NCBI RefSeq assembly: GCF_002854065.1
Contig: NZ_CP024147.1
Direction: 5' to 3' (one strand)
Length of the DNA: 64,000 nt
Source: Escherichia coli
Lineage (GTDB): Bacteria; Pseudomonadota; Gammaproteobacteria; Enterobacterales; Enterobacteriaceae
The first letter of the stretch is position 1, and each line of letters starts with the position of its first letter. Made by a program: the position numbers and the translations under genes. This document shows positions 48,027-59,951 of the stretch, in pieces. The notes below the pieces were generated by a model that had not been told where the DNA came from, searched no databases, and saw nothing but the letters and a program-made list of their open reading frames with translations.

Positions 48027-49397
48027 TTACTGATTAAGCAACGCCAGAATGTCCTGCGTTCGCGCCTGCATCAGCGGCGTATTTCCGCGAGACTCCACGT
48101 TTAAGCGCACCACCGGTTCGGTATTGGAAGAACGCAGGTTGAAGCGCCAGTCGGCAAACGCCAGGCTGATGCCGTCAGTACGGTCGATCTCCAGCGCGCT
48201 GCCGGCAAAGTGTGCTTCCACGCGGGCAATCGCTTCTGACGGTGCCGCCAGATGACTGTTGATTTCACCGCTCGCCGGGAACGCCGCCATGCGGTCGCGC
48301 ACCAGTTCACCCAACGTTTTGCCCTTCAGGCACAGCAGTTCGCTGACCAGCAGCCAGGGGATCATGCCGCTGTCGCAGTAGGCAAAATCACGGAAGTAGT
48401 GGTGAGCGCTCATTTCACCGCCGTAAACCGCGTCGTCCTGACGCATGCGCTCTTTAATAAAGGCATGACCAGTTTTCGACATCACTGGCGTGCCGCCCGC
48501 CGCCGTGACGACGTCCACGGTGTTCCACGACAGACGCGGGTCGTGAATGATGCGCGCGCCGGGGTTCTTTTCGAGGAAGGCTTCCGCCAGCAGGCCGACG
48601 ATGTAGTAGCCCTCGATAAACTGCCCTTTCTCGTCGAACAGGAAGCAGCGGTCGAAGTCGCCATCAAAAGCGATACCCATATCGGCACCGTATTTGATGA
48701 CCGCATCGCGGGTATCCGCGCGGCACTCCGGCAGCAGCGGGTTAGGAATACCGTGCGGGAAGGTTCCGTCCGGGGTGTTGTGCACTTTGATCAGGTTCAC
48801 CGGCACATTCAGCGCTTTGAAGCGGGCTTCCAGCGCGTCAATCACCGGGCCTGCCGCGCCGTTACCGGAGTTCACCACCAACTTCAGCGGCGTCAGGTTT
48901 TGCACGTTGATGTAGCCCAGCAGGTGGTCGATATAGGCGTCACGCAGGTTGATTTTCTGGTAGCTACCGCGCGCGGCCTCATTGACCGGCGGGAAGTCGT
49001 TGGCTTCCGCCAGGCGCTGTACGTCGCGCAGGCCGGTATCGCCGCTGATGGGGCGTGCGCCTTCCCGCACCAGCTTCATGCCGTTGTAATCCATCGGGTT
49101 ATGGCTGGCGGTCACTTCGATACCGCCATCAACGCCGAGATGGAAGGTGGCGAAGTAAATCTCTTCGGTGCCGGAAAGCCCGATATCGAGCACGTCAACG
49201 CCCGCGTCGCGCAGGCCATTGGCTAACGCCAGTTTCAGCGCCTCGCTGGTCAAGCGCACATCGCCGCCCAGCACGATAATTTTCGGCTTCAGATATTCAC
49301 CGTAAGCGCGGCCAATGCGCCACGCGATGTCTTCATTCAGCTCTTCACCGAGCTTGCCGCGGATGTCGTAGGCTTTAAAACAGGTTAATTTCGTCAT
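48027..49397 (-). CDS. cpsG: Phosphomannomutase
   Basis: Start at [14 protein letters not shown]; TASHNP active-site motif. Confidence 0.9.
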   Translation of the reverse strand: MTKLTCFKAYDIRGKLGEELNEDIAWRIGRAYGEYLKPKIIVLGGDVRLTSEALKLALANGLRDAGVDVLDIGLSGTEEIYFATFHLGVDGGIEVTASHNPMDYNGMKLVREGARPISGDTGLRDVQRLAEANDFPPVNEAARGSYQKINLRDAYIDHLLGYINVQNLTPLKLVVNSGNGAAGPVIDALEARFKALNVPVNLIKVHNTPDGTFPHGIPNPLLPECRADTRDAVIKYGADMGIAFDGDFDRCFLFDEKGQFIEGYYIVGLLAEAFLEKNPGARIIHDPRLSWNTVDVVTAAGGTPVMSKTGHAFIKERMRQDDAVYGGEMSAHHYFRDFAYCDSGMIPWLLVSELLCLKGKTLGELVRDRMAAFPASGEINSHLAAPSEAIARVEAHFAGSALEIDRTDGISLAFADWRFNLRSSNTEPVVRLNVESRGNTPLMQARTQDILALLNQ

Positions 49398-49500
49398 GTT
49401 TTTACCTTTCTTCAGGCAACAGTTCGCCCTGACCGTTATGGCCATCAATTTTGGTGTCGTGATTTGCCGGATGCGCCGCGCTTATCCGGCCAGCCGGGCG

Positions 49501-50937
49501 CTACACGCGCCCGTAACGATCCTGGAAACGCACCACGTCGTCCTCTTCCAGATAGGCGCCAGATCGCACCTCAATCAGGTCGAGCGGGATTTTCCCCGGG
49601 TTTTCCAGGCAGTGGGTGACGCCAAGGGGGATATAGATAGATTCGTTCTCACCCAGCAGCGTAATTTGGTCATTGAGAGTGACTTTGGCGGTGCCCGCCA
49701 CCACGATCCAGTGTTCCGCCCGGTGGTGATGCATCTGCAGCGACAGCCCTTCCCCCGGCTTCACGGTGATGCGCTTAACCTGATAGCGATCGCCGGAATC
49801 AATCGAGTCATACTTGCCCCACGGGCGGTAGACTTCCCGGTGGATGTGGTGTTCGTGGCGGCCGTCGGCCTTAATCTTCTCGACCACCTTTTTCACGTCC
49901 TGCACCGCGTTGCGATCGGCGATAAGCACCGCGTCTTTGGTTTGCACCACCACCAGGTCCTTTACCCCGACGGTCGTCACCAGGCCAGACTCTGCATAGA
50001 CATAGCTGTTTTCGGTTTTATGGCTGATGACATCGCCATGGTGCACGTTGCCTTCCGGCGTATGGTTGCTTATCTCCCACAGCGATGACCAGGAGCCGAC
50101 ATCGCTCCAGCCCGCGTCCATCGGCACCACTACCGCATCCGCGGTCTGCTCCATCACCGCATAATCGATGGATTCGTCCGGGCAGCTCAGGAACGCCGCT
50201 TCATCGACGCGGATAAAGTCGAGATCCGGGTCGGTGACGTCCATCGCTTTTTCGCAGGCGCGAAGAATATCCGGGCGATATTTGCCCAGCTCTTCCAGAT
50301 AGCGCCCGGCGCGGAACAGGAACATGCCGCTGTTCCAGTAATATTCACCGCTGGCGACATAGGCCTGTGCGGTATCGAGATTGGGTTTTTCGACAAACTG
50401 CGCGACGTCGAAGGCCAGCGTGTCGTCGGTACCCGGCGTGACATCACCACGGCGAATATAGCCGTAGCCGGTTTCCGGCACGTTCGGCACGATACCGAAG
50501 GTCACCAGCTTGCCATTTTCAGCATACGGCGTGGCATGACGAACCGCCGCGCGGAAGGCCTCTTCGTCCTGAATCACATGGTCCGCCGCCAGCACCAGCA
50601 TCAGCGGGTCGCAGTCCGGTTCGCGACGCTTAGCCGCCAGCGCCGCCAGGGCGATGGCTGGCGCCGTGTTGCGCCCTGCCGGTTCCAGAATAATGTTTTC
50701 GGTCAGCTTGTTGAGTTGACGCAGCTGTTCCGCCACGATAAAGCGGTGTTGCTCATTGCAGATCACCACCGGGCTGGCGCACTTCACGCCGTCCAGCCGG
50801 TTCACCGTGGCCTGCAGCATGGTCATGTCCCCTTTCAGGCACAGGAACTGTTTGGGGTACAGCACTCTGGACAGCGGCCACAGTCGGCTACCCGAGCCAC
50901 CGGCCATCACGACCGGGAAAAGCGTAGTTTGACTCAT
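49501..50937 (-). CDS. cpsB: Mannose-1-phosphate guanylyltransferase
   Basis: 478 aa [24 protein letters not shown]... Confidence 0.9.
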   Translation of the reverse strand: MSQTTLFPVVMAGGSGSRLWPLSRVLYPKQFLCLKGDMTMLQATVNRLDGVKCASPVVICNEQHRFIVAEQLRQLNKLTENIILEPAGRNTAPAIALAALAAKRREPDCDPLMLVLAADHVIQDEEAFRAAVRHATPYAENGKLVTFGIVPNVPETGYGYIRRGDVTPGTDDTLAFDVAQFVEKPNLDTAQAYVASGEYYWNSGMFLFRAGRYLEELGKYRPDILRACEKAMDVTDPDLDFIRVDEAAFLSCPDESIDYAVMEQTADAVVVPMDAGWSDVGSWSSLWEISNHTPEGNVHHGDVISHKTENSYVYAESGLVTTVGVKDLVVVQTKDAVLIADRNAVQDVKKVVEKIKADGRHEHHIHREVYRPWGKYDSIDSGDRYQVKRITVKPGEGLSLQMHHHRAEHWIVVAGTAKVTLNDQITLLGENESIYIPLGVTHCLENPGKIPLDLIEVRSGAYLEEDDVVRFQDRYGRV

Positions 50938-50940
50938 CGT

Positions 50941-52164
50941 TTAACCCCGAATATCAGCAATAAATTGGTTGAGAACGTGTTCTTTATCGAGCGAACGTTC
51001 GGCCCAGGCGCGGGCGACCGCATTTCGCTTCGGCATCTTCAGCGCCTGCTCAATCCCTTCCACCAGCGACGGAACCGATTCAGGCGTCACGCACACCGCA
51101 ATGCCCGGATTGTCCAGACATAGCTGGCCCAGCTCGGTCTGCAGTTCAGCGGTAATCACCGCGTTGCCGCCCACCGCCAGAATATTGGTCAGCTTGGAAG
51201 GCAACACCGCATCCGCGGCGCCACGCTTCTGAATCACCAGATGGCAGTCGCCAATCGCCAGCAGCGCGGGTAAATCTTCGTACGACTGCAGCGGCAGGAA
51301 CTTGACGTTATCCAGCCCGCGTTCGGCGACCATTTTTTCCAGCCGCGCTTTACCGCCGCCCTGACCGACAATGGCAAACAGCCACGGCTGTTCACGTAGC
51401 TGTTCGGCGGCAGTAATCACGCTCTCCAGCCCCTGTTTCTCACCGATATTGCCGGAGTAGAGAATAATTTTGCGTTCATCCGGCAGGCCAAGACGCTGAC
51501 GCAGCGCCATCACCAGCGTTTCCGGCACCTCGCGAAAACGGGAAACTTCCGACCAGTTGGGGAAGAAAATCACCTTCTCCGGCGCAACGCCCTTCTCGCA
51601 GGCTTTGTTCATCATTGAGCGCGAGATGGTCGATACGTTGTCAACGTTGTGCAGCCCGCTACGCTCAAAGGCGCTGGCAAGTTTTGCCACCTTGCCGGCG
51701 CGACCGTTGCCTGCCATGCCCAACCCCAGCATGGCGTCGACTTCATAATCCTGAATATGCAGCAGCGTCCGCGCGCCGGAGAGCTTCGCCAGCAGGCGCA
51801 TACCGGGGGTGCAGAACAGCGTCGGCACTACGCCGATAATGCGATCCGGCTTCCAGCGGCGTTGGGCCATCAGCGGGAAGAAACTGCTGAGCGCAAAGCT
51901 GCCGAGATGGATCAAACGCTTCAGCGTCGACAGCTGCTTTGGCACATACAGCGGGCAGCGCCAGACGGTGGCATCGCCGTTTTCCCGGCGGTAACGCCAG
52001 CTTGAGTATTTCGCGCCAACCTGCCATTCCGGATAGTACGGCGGCGCGGTAATCACTCGCACCTCGTGACCCTGCTGCACCATCCACTCGACCATTTCGC
52101 CGGTGTATTTGCCGATGCCGGTGAGTTCAGGCGAATAGTTGATGCCATACACCAGAATCTTCAT
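50941..52164 (-). CDS. wcaI: Colanic acid glycosyltransferase WcaI
   Basis: 407 aa GT1; synteny. Confidence 0.85.
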   Translation of the reverse strand: MKILVYGINYSPELTGIGKYTGEMVEWMVQQGHEVRVITAPPYYPEWQVGAKYSSWRYRRENGDATVWRCPLYVPKQLSTLKRLIHLGSFALSSFFPLMAQRRWKPDRIIGVVPTLFCTPGMRLLAKLSGARTLLHIQDYEVDAMLGLGMAGNGRAGKVAKLASAFERSGLHNVDNVSTISRSMMNKACEKGVAPEKVIFFPNWSEVSRFREVPETLVMALRQRLGLPDERKIILYSGNIGEKQGLESVITAAEQLREQPWLFAIVGQGGGKARLEKMVAERGLDNVKFLPLQSYEDLPALLAIGDCHLVIQKRGAADAVLPSKLTNILAVGGNAVITAELQTELGQLCLDNPGIAVCVTPESVPSLVEGIEQALKMPKRNAVARAWAERSLDKEHVLNQFIADIRG

Positions 52165-52640
52165 AGGCCCTGCACCTCGGCCAATTTGTCGACCCGGAAA
52201 TAGGCGCGGCTGTTTTCATGAACGTTGTCCGACGCCAGTAACGCAGGCGGTGTCAGCCAACGGTACTCATTATGCTGATCGTCCGGCAGCGTTAAGGTCC
52301 CGGCGTCCACCTGCAGGCGGAAACCAAGCACAATGTAATGGGTCGAAAAATCCGTACCGCAGAAATTCTCGTCATAGAAATGCTGCCAGACTCCGTAAAA
52401 GCGGCCTGCCGTCATCGGCAGGCTCAGCCCCAGTTCGGCCTCGGTCAGGCGGGCAAACGCCTGTTCCAGCGTTTCATCTTTCTGTACCCGCCCGCCCGGC
52501 ACAAACCAGTACCCCTGCGCCGGACGATTGTTGCGCTTACCCAGCAAAAACTCGCCCTGCGCGTTCTCGACGATCAAATCGATGGAGATCAGCGGCGTAG
52601 ACTGCACCACGGTGGCAAACGCTTCCTGGCTCAGAAACAT
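52161..52640 (-). CDS. gmm: GDP-mannose mannosyl hydrolase (Nudix)
   Basis: 159 aa Nudix protein; synteny between wcaI and fcl. Confidence 0.85.
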   Translation of the reverse strand: MFLSQEAFATVVQSTPLISIDLIVENAQGEFLLGKRNNRPAQGYWFVPGGRVQKDETLEQAFARLTEAELGLSLPMTAGRFYGVWQHFYDENFCGTDFSTHYIVLGFRLQVDAGTLTLPDDQHNEYRWLTPPALLASDNVHENSRAYFRVDKLAEVQGL

Positions 52641-52643
52641 GCG

Positions 52644-53609
52644 TTACCCCCGGAAGCGGTGCTGGCTTTCCAGAAACCACTGGTAAGTGCTGGCAAGACC
52701 AGCCTCCAGCGAGATTTCGTGGTACCAGCCCAGTTGATGCAGGCGAGAAACATCGAGCAGCTTGCGCGGCGTGCCGTCGGGTTTGGTGGCATCAAACACC
52801 ACCCGCCCTTTAAAGCCCACCACTTTCACCATCGTCTGCGCCAGTTCACGAATGGTGCAGTCAACGCCGGTGCCAACGTTAATATGCGACAGCATAGGCT
52901 GCGTGTTTTCGAGCCAGACGCCGCGATCCAGCTCCATCACATGGATACTGGCAGCCGCCATATCGTCCACATGCAGGAACTCGCGCATCGGCGTGCCGCT
53001 CCCCCACACCACCACGTCCGCGGCGTTTTGCTGTACCGCTTCATGGAAGCGGCGCATCAGCGCCGGAATAACGTGCGAATTGCTCGGGTGGAAGTTATCG
53101 TTCGGCCCGTACAGGTTGGTCGGCATCACCGAGCGATAGTCGCGATTATGCTGGCGGTTGTAGGACTCGCACAGCTTGATACCGGCAATTTTCGCAATCG
53201 CGTACGGTTCGTTAGTCGCTTCCAGCGTGCCCTGCAGCAGCTCGCTTTCGTGCATTGGCTGGTTAGCCATTTTCGGATAGATGCACGATGAACCGAGAAA
53301 CAGCAGCTTATTCACGTTGTGCGTATGCGCCGCGTGAATAATGTTGCTTTCAATCATCATGTTCTCGTAGATGAAATCCGCCGGGAAGGTGTTGTTGGCC
53401 ACAATGCCGCCCACCTTTGCCGCCGCCAGATACACCTGATCAATATTTTCAGCGGCGAAGAAGTCGTTCACTTCGCGGCTATCCAGCAGGTTGAGCTCAT
53501 CGCGGCCGCGAACCACCAGATCCACGTCGCCGCGTTGTGCAAGCTGTCGGACGATGGCCGAGCCCACCATTCCCCGGTGGCCCGCCACAAAAATACGTTG
53601 TCTGGTCAT
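52644..53609 (-). CDS. fcl: GDP-L-fucose synthase
   Basis: 321 aa [23 protein letters not shown]... Confidence 0.9.
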   Translation of the reverse strand: MTRQRIFVAGHRGMVGSAIVRQLAQRGDVDLVVRGRDELNLLDSREVNDFFAAENIDQVYLAAAKVGGIVANNTFPADFIYENMMIESNIIHAAHTHNVNKLLFLGSSCIYPKMANQPMHESELLQGTLEATNEPYAIAKIAGIKLCESYNRQHNRDYRSVMPTNLYGPNDNFHPSNSHVIPALMRRFHEAVQQNAADVVVWGSGTPMREFLHVDDMAAASIHVMELDRGVWLENTQPMLSHINVGTGVDCTIRELAQTMVKVVGFKGRVVFDATKPDGTPRKLLDVSRLHQLGWYHEISLEAGLASTYQWFLESQHRFRG

Positions 53610-53611
53610 AC

Positions 53612-54733
53612 TTAAGACTCCAGCGCGATCGCCACTTCATAACCGTGGGATTTCAGCAGGGAATGTTTCTTCGCTGCTTCCAGGTCTTTGGCGACCATTT
53701 CAGATACCATCTCCTGCAGGGTGGTTTCCGGTTTCCAGCCGAGTTTTTCATGCGCTTTGGTCGGGTCGCCGAGCAGGGTTTCAACTTCTGCCGGACGGAA
53801 GTAGCGCGGATCCACGGCCACCATCACATCGCCCGGTTTCACGCCCGGCGCATCGTGACCGGTGACGGAAACGACAATCCCTTTTTCTTCCACGCCTTTA
53901 CCTTCAAAGCGCAGTTTAATACCCAGCTGTGCCGCCGCCATTTCGACGAACTGGCGAACCGAATACTGCACGCCGGTGGCGATAACGAAATCTTCCGGAT
54001 GGTCCTGTTGCAGCATCATCCACTGCATTTTCACGTAGTCTTTGGCGTGGCCCCAGTCGCGCAGAGAATCCATGTTGCCGAGGTACAGGCACTTCTCCAG
54101 GCCCTGAGCGATGTTAGCGATCGCACGGGTGATTTTACGCGTCACAAAGGTTTCGCCGCGGCGCGGAGACTCGTGGTTGAACAGGATGCCGTTACAGGCG
54201 TACATGTCGTAAGATTCACGGTAGTTGACGGTGATCCAGTAGGCATACAGTTTGGCGACCGCATACGGCGAGCGCGGATAGAACGGAGTGGTCTCTTTTT
54301 GTGGAATTTCCTGCACCAGGCCGTACAGTTCCGAAGTGGAAGCCTGATAGAAACGCGTTTTCTTCTCCAGCCCTAGGAAGCGGATGGCTTCCAGCAGACG
54401 CAGCGTGCCCATCGCATCCACGTCGGCGGTATATTCCGGCGACTCAAACGACACGGCAACGTGGCTCATTGCGCCGAGGTTATACACTTCATCCGGCTGC
54501 ACTTCCTGCAGAATGCGCGTCAGGTTGGAGCTGTCGGTCAAATCACCGTAGTGCAGGTGAAATTTCGGGTTGCTGCTGTGCGGATCCTGATAGATGTGAT
54601 CGACACGTTCGGTGTTAAAGGAAGAAGCACGGCGTTTAATCCCGTGAACTTCATAGCCTTTTTCCAGCAGCAGTTCTGCCAGATAAGAACCGTCCTGCCC
54701 CGTTACGCCGGTAATAAGTGCGACTTTTGACAT
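53612..54733 (-). CDS. gmd: GDP-mannose 4,6-dehydratase
   Basis: 373 aa [31 protein letters not shown]... Confidence 0.95.
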   Translation of the reverse strand: MSKVALITGVTGQDGSYLAELLLEKGYEVHGIKRRASSFNTERVDHIYQDPHSSNPKFHLHYGDLTDSSNLTRILQEVQPDEVYNLGAMSHVAVSFESPEYTADVDAMGTLRLLEAIRFLGLEKKTRFYQASTSELYGLVQEIPQKETTPFYPRSPYAVAKLYAYWITVNYRESYDMYACNGILFNHESPRRGETFVTRKITRAIANIAQGLEKCLYLGNMDSLRDWGHAKDYVKMQWMMLQQDHPEDFVIATGVQYSVRQFVEMAAAQLGIKLRFEGKGVEEKGIVVSVTGHDAPGVKPGDVMVAVDPRYFRPAEVETLLGDPTKAHEKLGWKPETTLQEMVSEMVAKDLEAAKKHSLLKSHGYEVAIALES

Positions 54734-54757
54734 TCTATTTTCCTCAAATTGTCCCGT

Positions 54758-55312
54758 TTAGGGAGTCACTTTCTCTACGCGCTCACGCGTAACCACTGCG
54801 GGATTGCCACGGCAAATCATATTTGCCGGTAGCGATTTAAAAACGCTGCTGCGGGCACCGACGATTGTGCCCTCGCCAATCGTGACGCCGGGGGCAACAA
54901 AAACATCTGTCGCCAGCCAGCATTTCTCACCAACCACAATCGGCGCAGCGTTAATATCGAAATGCGCGCTCTGATAATCGTGGCTGCCGGTGCACAAATA
55001 GCATTTCTGCGAAACCACCGAATTTGCCCCAAGGGTTATTTCACCCAAGGTATATAACACTGCCTCATCGCCCACCCAGGCATAATCTCCAATGGTTAAT
55101 TTCCATGGGTAAGTGATTTTTACCGACGGGCGAATGACTACGTTTTTTCCTATTTTTGCGCCAAACAGACGTAATAAAAATGCGCGCCAGCGATACAATA
55201 TCTGTGGAGACCAGGCAAATAATGTGGCCTGAACCGCCCACCATATTTGTACTTTTATGCCCCCGGCGCCGCGAAAACCTTTTGGTACCGAAAAGCCCGA
55301 TAATTCCTGCAT
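54758..55312 (-). CDS. wcaF: Colanic acid acetyltransferase WcaF
   Basis: 184-aa hexapeptide-repeat acetyltransferase; synteny. Confidence 0.85.
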   Translation of the reverse strand: MQELSGFSVPKGFRGAGGIKVQIWWAVQATLFAWSPQILYRWRAFLLRLFGAKIGKNVVIRPSVKITYPWKLTIGDYAWVGDEAVLYTLGEITLGANSVVSQKCYLCTGSHDYQSAHFDINAAPIVVGEKCWLATDVFVAPGVTIGEGTIVGARSSVFKSLPANMICRGNPAVVTRERVEKVTP

Positions 55313-55321
55313 TTGGTATCC

Positions 55322-56068
55322 TTATGCTTTGTGATATAAGGCTTTTGCTTTCCCCGTTGTGCGCAGACGTAATAAATAAGATAATTCTGCAAGCAGGCCC
55401 GGCATACGTAATATTTCACGCTGCACTTTTTTTGCATCCTGGCACAACTGTAGATTATTTGTGGTGGACACGCCGCCCATCGAAAATTCCGACACCAAGC
55501 CTTTAATACGTTTAAAGGCATATCCCGACTTATACATCCGCGCCGCCAGCGCATAATCAGAAGAGACACGATACTGCACATCATAAGGATGATTTTTCAG
55601 CCCACGCAGCGGGAAGAAAATAGCCTGATGGCTAGCCGGTAGGCTGTGATAAATATACCAACCCTGCTTAGCGCTACGGCGAATCTGGGTGCCGTCGCCA
55701 AAGTCCAGCATCGCATCGCCAAGGTACATGGCATCATCGCTTTTACCGCGCAGCTGACGGACGAACTGCGACACATCCGGATGAAAGCTGTCGCCGGAAT
55801 TCAGAAACAGCACAAACTTGCCCTGCGCCATGCGGATGCCTTTGTTCATCGCATCGTAAAGCCCTTTATCCGGTTCGCTGACGTAGCGTAAGTGGTACTG
55901 GCCGTTACGTTTTTCGAGGAACTCTGCGGTGCCATCGTTAGAACCGCCATCCACCACAATCCACTCGAAAGTGAGGCTGGGATCGTTTGCCAGATGGGCC
56001 AGAGAACGCCAGGTTTTCACCACGCCATCAACGTTACGAAACGCGACGGTAACCACGCTTAACAACAT
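55322..56068 (-). CDS. wcaE: Colanic acid glycosyltransferase WcaE
   Basis: 248-aa GT2; synteny. Confidence 0.85.
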   Translation of the reverse strand: MLLSVVTVAFRNVDGVVKTWRSLAHLANDPSLTFEWIVVDGGSNDGTAEFLEKRNGQYHLRYVSEPDKGLYDAMNKGIRMAQGKFVLFLNSGDSFHPDVSQFVRQLRGKSDDAMYLGDAMLDFGDGTQIRRSAKQGWYIYHSLPASHQAIFFPLRGLKNHPYDVQYRVSSDYALAARMYKSGYAFKRIKGLVSEFSMGGVSTTNNLQLCQDAKKVQREILRMPGLLAELSYLLRLRTTGKAKALYHKA

Positions 56069-56076
56069 GCTTCACC

Positions 56077-57300
56077 TCATCTGCTGTCAGCAATATTCAG
56101 CGCTTTACGCAGAATAAAAGGACAAACAATTAAAAATGCATATTCCGGACTAAATATCGAACCGGTAAAAAATAATGATATCGGCGTGAAAAGATACAGC
56201 TGCACGGCGAAATTACGATTATTCCCAAAAGCGTTAATGAACATTTTAAATACGTAGTACAGATACCCAGCCGTTAATATCACAGCGAACCACGAAAAAT
56301 AAATCATTAACAGATACAGACCATTGTCTATGGTTTTACCGACATCCGCACCGTTAAATATTCCGAATGATGCAACATATTCGTAAAGAGAACCAAAACG
56401 CACGACCCCATCAATGCTGGTTAATGAATAACCGACCATCACCAATGGACCAATTATACGGTAATACGATGACGATCCTTCCGTTCCTAAATCACCAATA
56501 CGCTCGGCAATATAGGGGAATGCAAACACCAGACCGATAAAAAATGCGCCTAATGAGATAATCGCCAACGGTAACTTTTTCTTGATCGCTTCTTTGTTCA
56601 GGTACTGGAAAGCCCACTCCAGCAGATAGAACAGGATAAATGTCATAACCCCAGAAAACGATCCAGAAAGAATTATCCCTGCCAGAATCATAGCATCAGA
56701 CTTCGGGGTTTTGATACCAAACTGTTTGATGCAAAGCCAAATTGAGATTAATGCCAGAGCAAAAAATGCCGGTTCGAAATATAACGCAGTGGTGCGCTTT
56801 CCACCGAATTTGATAAAATTCAGCACATAGCTATTACTGTAAATAAGATATTTCGAAATCGTCGCTATCAAACTGCTGCCGCCGGTGAGAATAATCTGCG
56901 CCATCTCCAGCGCCGCCAGCGCCACCACCAGGGTAATCACCACATAGAAAAAACGCAGGATCTTACGGTGGTTATGCGGTGAAATGGTTTTGAAGCGAAT
57001 GCTCCAGACCATGCCGATAATGATCACGATATAGACAAACAGCATCGTCGAGGTGACATATTTGCTGGGGTCCAGCGATTGTCCAAACAGATAGTTGAAC
57101 AACGTCAATCCTACGCCCAGTCCGAGGGCAATCATCAGTTTTTTCAGATTAATGCGTTCAACAAACAACAGCAGCAACAGCGGAAGGAACGTCACAATGG
57201 TAATGGGGAAGCTCTCCCCCAGCTGCGCCAGCTTCACGTTAACCAACAGGTAGATTAACGGCAGCAGCAGATAGCTACAGACTCTGATAGAACGAGACAT
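56077..57300 (-). CDS. wcaD: Colanic acid polymerase WcaD
   Basis: Start at MSRSIRVCSYLL (~407 aa polytopic membrane protein); the 69-codon 5' extension in the ORF track overlaps wcaC and is rejected. Confidence 0.85.
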   Translation of the reverse strand: MSRSIRVCSYLLLPLIYLLVNVKLAQLGESFPITIVTFLPLLLLLFVERINLKKLMIALGLGVGLTLFNYLFGQSLDPSKYVTSTMLFVYIVIIIGMVWSIRFKTISPHNHRKILRFFYVVITLVVALAALEMAQIILTGGSSLIATISKYLIYSNSYVLNFIKFGGKRTTALYFEPAFFALALISIWLCIKQFGIKTPKSDAMILAGIILSGSFSGVMTFILFYLLEWAFQYLNKEAIKKKLPLAIISLGAFFIGLVFAFPYIAERIGDLGTEGSSSYYRIIGPLVMVGYSLTSIDGVVRFGSLYEYVASFGIFNGADVGKTIDNGLYLLMIYFSWFAVILTAGYLYYVFKMFINAFGNNRNFAVQLYLFTPISLFFTGSIFSPEYAFLIVCPFILRKALNIADSR

Positions 57301-58492
57301 ATTCCTCCAGCATCTGTTGTCCGCTGTAAGCTTTGCGGCTACGCGCGCTAAAGTTCTCCAGCGTGGTGCCAAAAATCTGCTCGGCGATCTCCGCTTTCGG
57401 TTGCTGTACCAGGGTGAGCACCTCGGCCTCATCCACCGTATGGCCGCCGGATTTTGCCAGCACCTCTTTTGCCGCCTCGCTATGGGTAGCAATGACCGGC
57501 ACGCCAATCGATAACGCTTCGCACAGAATCAGCGGGTAATTATCTACCCGCGAGCTGAACAGCAGAGCGTCCAACGGGTTCAGTTCGCTCATCAGTTGGC
57601 GTTTATCGGTCAGAAAACCGTGGTTCACCACGTTGCTGCCCTCAAACGGCGAGAACTTACCAAAGGTATGGACCTCGACCTTATCGCCCAGCGCGATAAT
57701 ATCGCGCACCAGCTGCTGGTTGGTTTTGCCGTCATAGCGCAGGTCGTGAGCCACCACGGCGATTTTAGGCCGCGAGGAGAAGCGTTTTACCGGCGTCAGC
57801 TCGGCAAGAATCGCTTCGGTGGCGACGTCGATCCCGTTATTGATAATCTGGCAGCGCCCTGCGCCGTAGAGGCTGTTAAAGGCCTCGGCAACATGCTGAC
57901 TGGGTGAAATAAAACGGCAGCCCAGCGCCAGCATCTGGCGGAAAAGTTGACGTTTTTCATCGACCAGCGCATGTGCGCGATCGACCTTCACCGGCGGGTA
58001 GTTACTCAACGTTGGGCACTTCTGACAGCCGCTTTTCCAGCCTTCGCAGCCGTCAAGAAAGGCACAGCGCCCGGTCACGCTCCAGTGATCGTGCAGCGTC
58101 CAGATAAAAGTCGCATCGCTTTTATGCGCCTTCACCCGCTCGCAGAAGTTCACCACATCCGCCAGATTCAGCCAGTAGCTGTGCATGACGTGAAAATGCA
58201 GTACCACCGGGCCGTCAGTACGGGTGACCTGGCGATACAGGTTATTGAGGTTGCCAAACACATCGCGGTTAAACAGGCGGAACAGCGCCAGGTTCGCCAT
58301 TGAGGTTAACCGTCCGGTCTGCTTCACCACCTGCGGATAACGGTCATGGCTGACGCTCTTCTTACCGCCTTTGCCATAGCCGTAGACAAATTTTGACGAC
58401 AGCCCCTGACGGAGTGCGCGCTGATGCAGATCCAGCGCCACGCCCGCCGCGCCGCCTTCGGCCAGACGGACGTTAAATTGCAGAATATTCAT
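57275..58492 (-). CDS. wcaC: Colanic acid glycosyltransferase WcaC
   Basis: 405 aa GT1; synteny. Confidence 0.85.
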   Translation of the reverse strand: MNILQFNVRLAEGGAAGVALDLHQRALRQGLSSKFVYGYGKGGKKSVSHDRYPQVVKQTGRLTSMANLALFRLFNRDVFGNLNNLYRQVTRTDGPVVLHFHVMHSYWLNLADVVNFCERVKAHKSDATFIWTLHDHWSVTGRCAFLDGCEGWKSGCQKCPTLSNYPPVKVDRAHALVDEKRQLFRQMLALGCRFISPSQHVAEAFNSLYGAGRCQIINNGIDVATEAILAELTPVKRFSSRPKIAVVAHDLRYDGKTNQQLVRDIIALGDKVEVHTFGKFSPFEGSNVVNHGFLTDKRQLMSELNPLDALLFSSRVDNYPLILCEALSIGVPVIATHSEAAKEVLAKSGGHTVDEAEVLTLVQQPKAEIAEQIFGTTLENFSARSRKAYSGQQMLEEYVSFYQSL

Positions 58493-58983
58493 TTGATTAC
58501 CTTCACTCGCGCTTTTTCGCCCACCACCAGCGCATGGTCCGGAACGTCGTCCAGCACCACGCTGCCCGCGCCAATGGTCACGTGGTTACCGATGGTAATA
58601 CCGCCGATAATCATCACGTTGGCCCCCAGCTCAACGCCATCACCAATCCTTGGGCACGCCAGACTCTCCGGGCCGCGATTGCCGATAGTGATGCCGTGAC
58701 GAATCGTGAAATCGTCTCCCGCCACCACGTTTTTATTGATCACCACGGCATAACCGTGGTGGATGGTGAAACGTCGGCCAATGGTCGCCGCCGCCTGGAT
58801 TTCATAGCCGAAGAAACATTCGGTGATAATGCGGTACAGCACCAGCACCGGCGCCGCCCACAGGTTGTTCAGCACATTTTTCTTGCGCCACACCGAGCAA
58901 AAATGAGCCACACGGTAGGCGATCACCATGCAGCAAGGGCGCAGGCTCCAGCTGTTGGCATGTAAATCTTCCAGTAGCATCAT
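58489..58983 (-). CDS. wcaB: Colanic acid acetyltransferase WcaB
   Basis: 164-aa hexapeptide-repeat acetyltransferase; ATGA overlap with wcaA stop. Confidence 0.85.
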   Translation of the reverse strand: MMLLEDLHANSWSLRPCCMVIAYRVAHFCSVWRKKNVLNNLWAAPVLVLYRIITECFFGYEIQAAATIGRRFTIHHGYAVVINKNVVAGDDFTIRHGITIGNRGPESLACPRIGDGVELGANVMIIGGITIGNHVTIGAGSVVLDDVPDHALVVGEKARVKVIK

Positions 58984-59822
58984 TTACTCCGCAGTCCGTC
59001 GACCCAGCGTTTGCCGTTGCGCACCGACAGCAGCGTCAGAAACGTCTTCCAGGTCATGCGCTTATTACGAATTTGATAGAGCGTGAACAGCTGATACTTC
59101 TTACTCGCCCGATCAAACTTCTCTTTGTGCTTGCGGTAGAAGCTGAAGTAGCCGGAAAACTTTTTGGGTGACGAGGTGATCTGCATTTCACCGTGGTTGA
59201 TGTGCAGAATCTGCGTAGCGGCTTCAATCTTCCACGGCTCGCCGTAGGCCACCACCATGCGCAGGAAAATATCGTAGTCCTGCGCCGCCTTCAGTTCGGT
59301 ATCAAACAGGCTTTCTTTAAAACGCCAAGCCCAGCTAAACACCTGATTGCCAATGATGTTGCGCTTATAGAACAACTGACGGGAGAACGGCGATTTCGGG
59401 TACAACGGCAGGCTGGCAGGCTGCGAGTACACCTCCCCTTCGCAGACGTAGTCATCGGCGTACAAAAAGGCGTGATCCATCAATTGCTGTTTATGTTCGA
59501 GAAACAGCGAAAGGCGGTTGGATGTCCACTCATCGTCATCATCAATACCGGTGATAAACTGCCCTTTGGCCTGCAGAATGGCCTGATTGCGTACCGCGCA
59601 TGCTCCGGAGTTAAAATCGTTGCGCGTGTACTGTACGCGGCGATCGTTGAGTTCGATGACAAACTGCTGAAGCTGCTCATAGCTGCTGGAGCAGTCATCG
59701 ACGATAATCATTTCCCAGTGAGGATAGTCCTGACGCAGTACCGATTTGATGGCGCGAATGGCCAGCTGCTGTCGGTTCCAGGTCGGCATATAAATGGAGA
59801 TCAACGGGTTGTCTGTTGTCAT
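58980..59822 (-). CDS. wcaA: Colanic acid glycosyltransferase WcaA
   Basis: Start at MTTDNPLISIYMPTWNRQ (GT2). Confidence 0.85.
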   Translation of the reverse strand: MTTDNPLISIYMPTWNRQQLAIRAIKSVLRQDYPHWEMIIVDDCSSSYEQLQQFVIELNDRRVQYTRNDFNSGACAVRNQAILQAKGQFITGIDDDDEWTSNRLSLFLEHKQQLMDHAFLYADDYVCEGEVYSQPASLPLYPKSPFSRQLFYKRNIIGNQVFSWAWRFKESLFDTELKAAQDYDIFLRMVVAYGEPWKIEAATQILHINHGEMQITSSPKKFSGYFSFYRKHKEKFDRASKKYQLFTLYQIRNKRMTWKTFLTLLSVRNGKRWVDGLRSK

Positions 59823-59854
59823 GGTATATCCCCGAATAAGCGTTTGAGCGGTTG

Positions 59855-59946
59855 TTCCCCTCACCCTAACCCTCTCCCCAGAGGGGAGAGGGGACCGTTC
59901 GGTTTTCTCCCTCGCCCCTTTGGGGAGAGGGCCGGGGTGAGGGGGA
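59855..59946. repeat. Intergenic GGGGAGAGGG-type palindromic repeat (REP-like), copy B, inverted relative to copy A
   Basis: CCCCTCACCCTAACCCTCTCCCCAGAGGGGAGAGGGGACCG...CTCCCTCGCCCCTTTGGGGAGAGGGCCGGGGTGAGGGGG; reverse complement aligns with 47917-48020 apart from an ~18-bp segment. Confidence 0.7.
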
Positions 59947-59951
59947 TGTTA

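Noticed and set aside
56077-57507. 476-aa version of wcaD
   Set aside because: The Arg/Trp-rich 69-codon extension overlaps wcaC; start set at MSRSIRV (57300).
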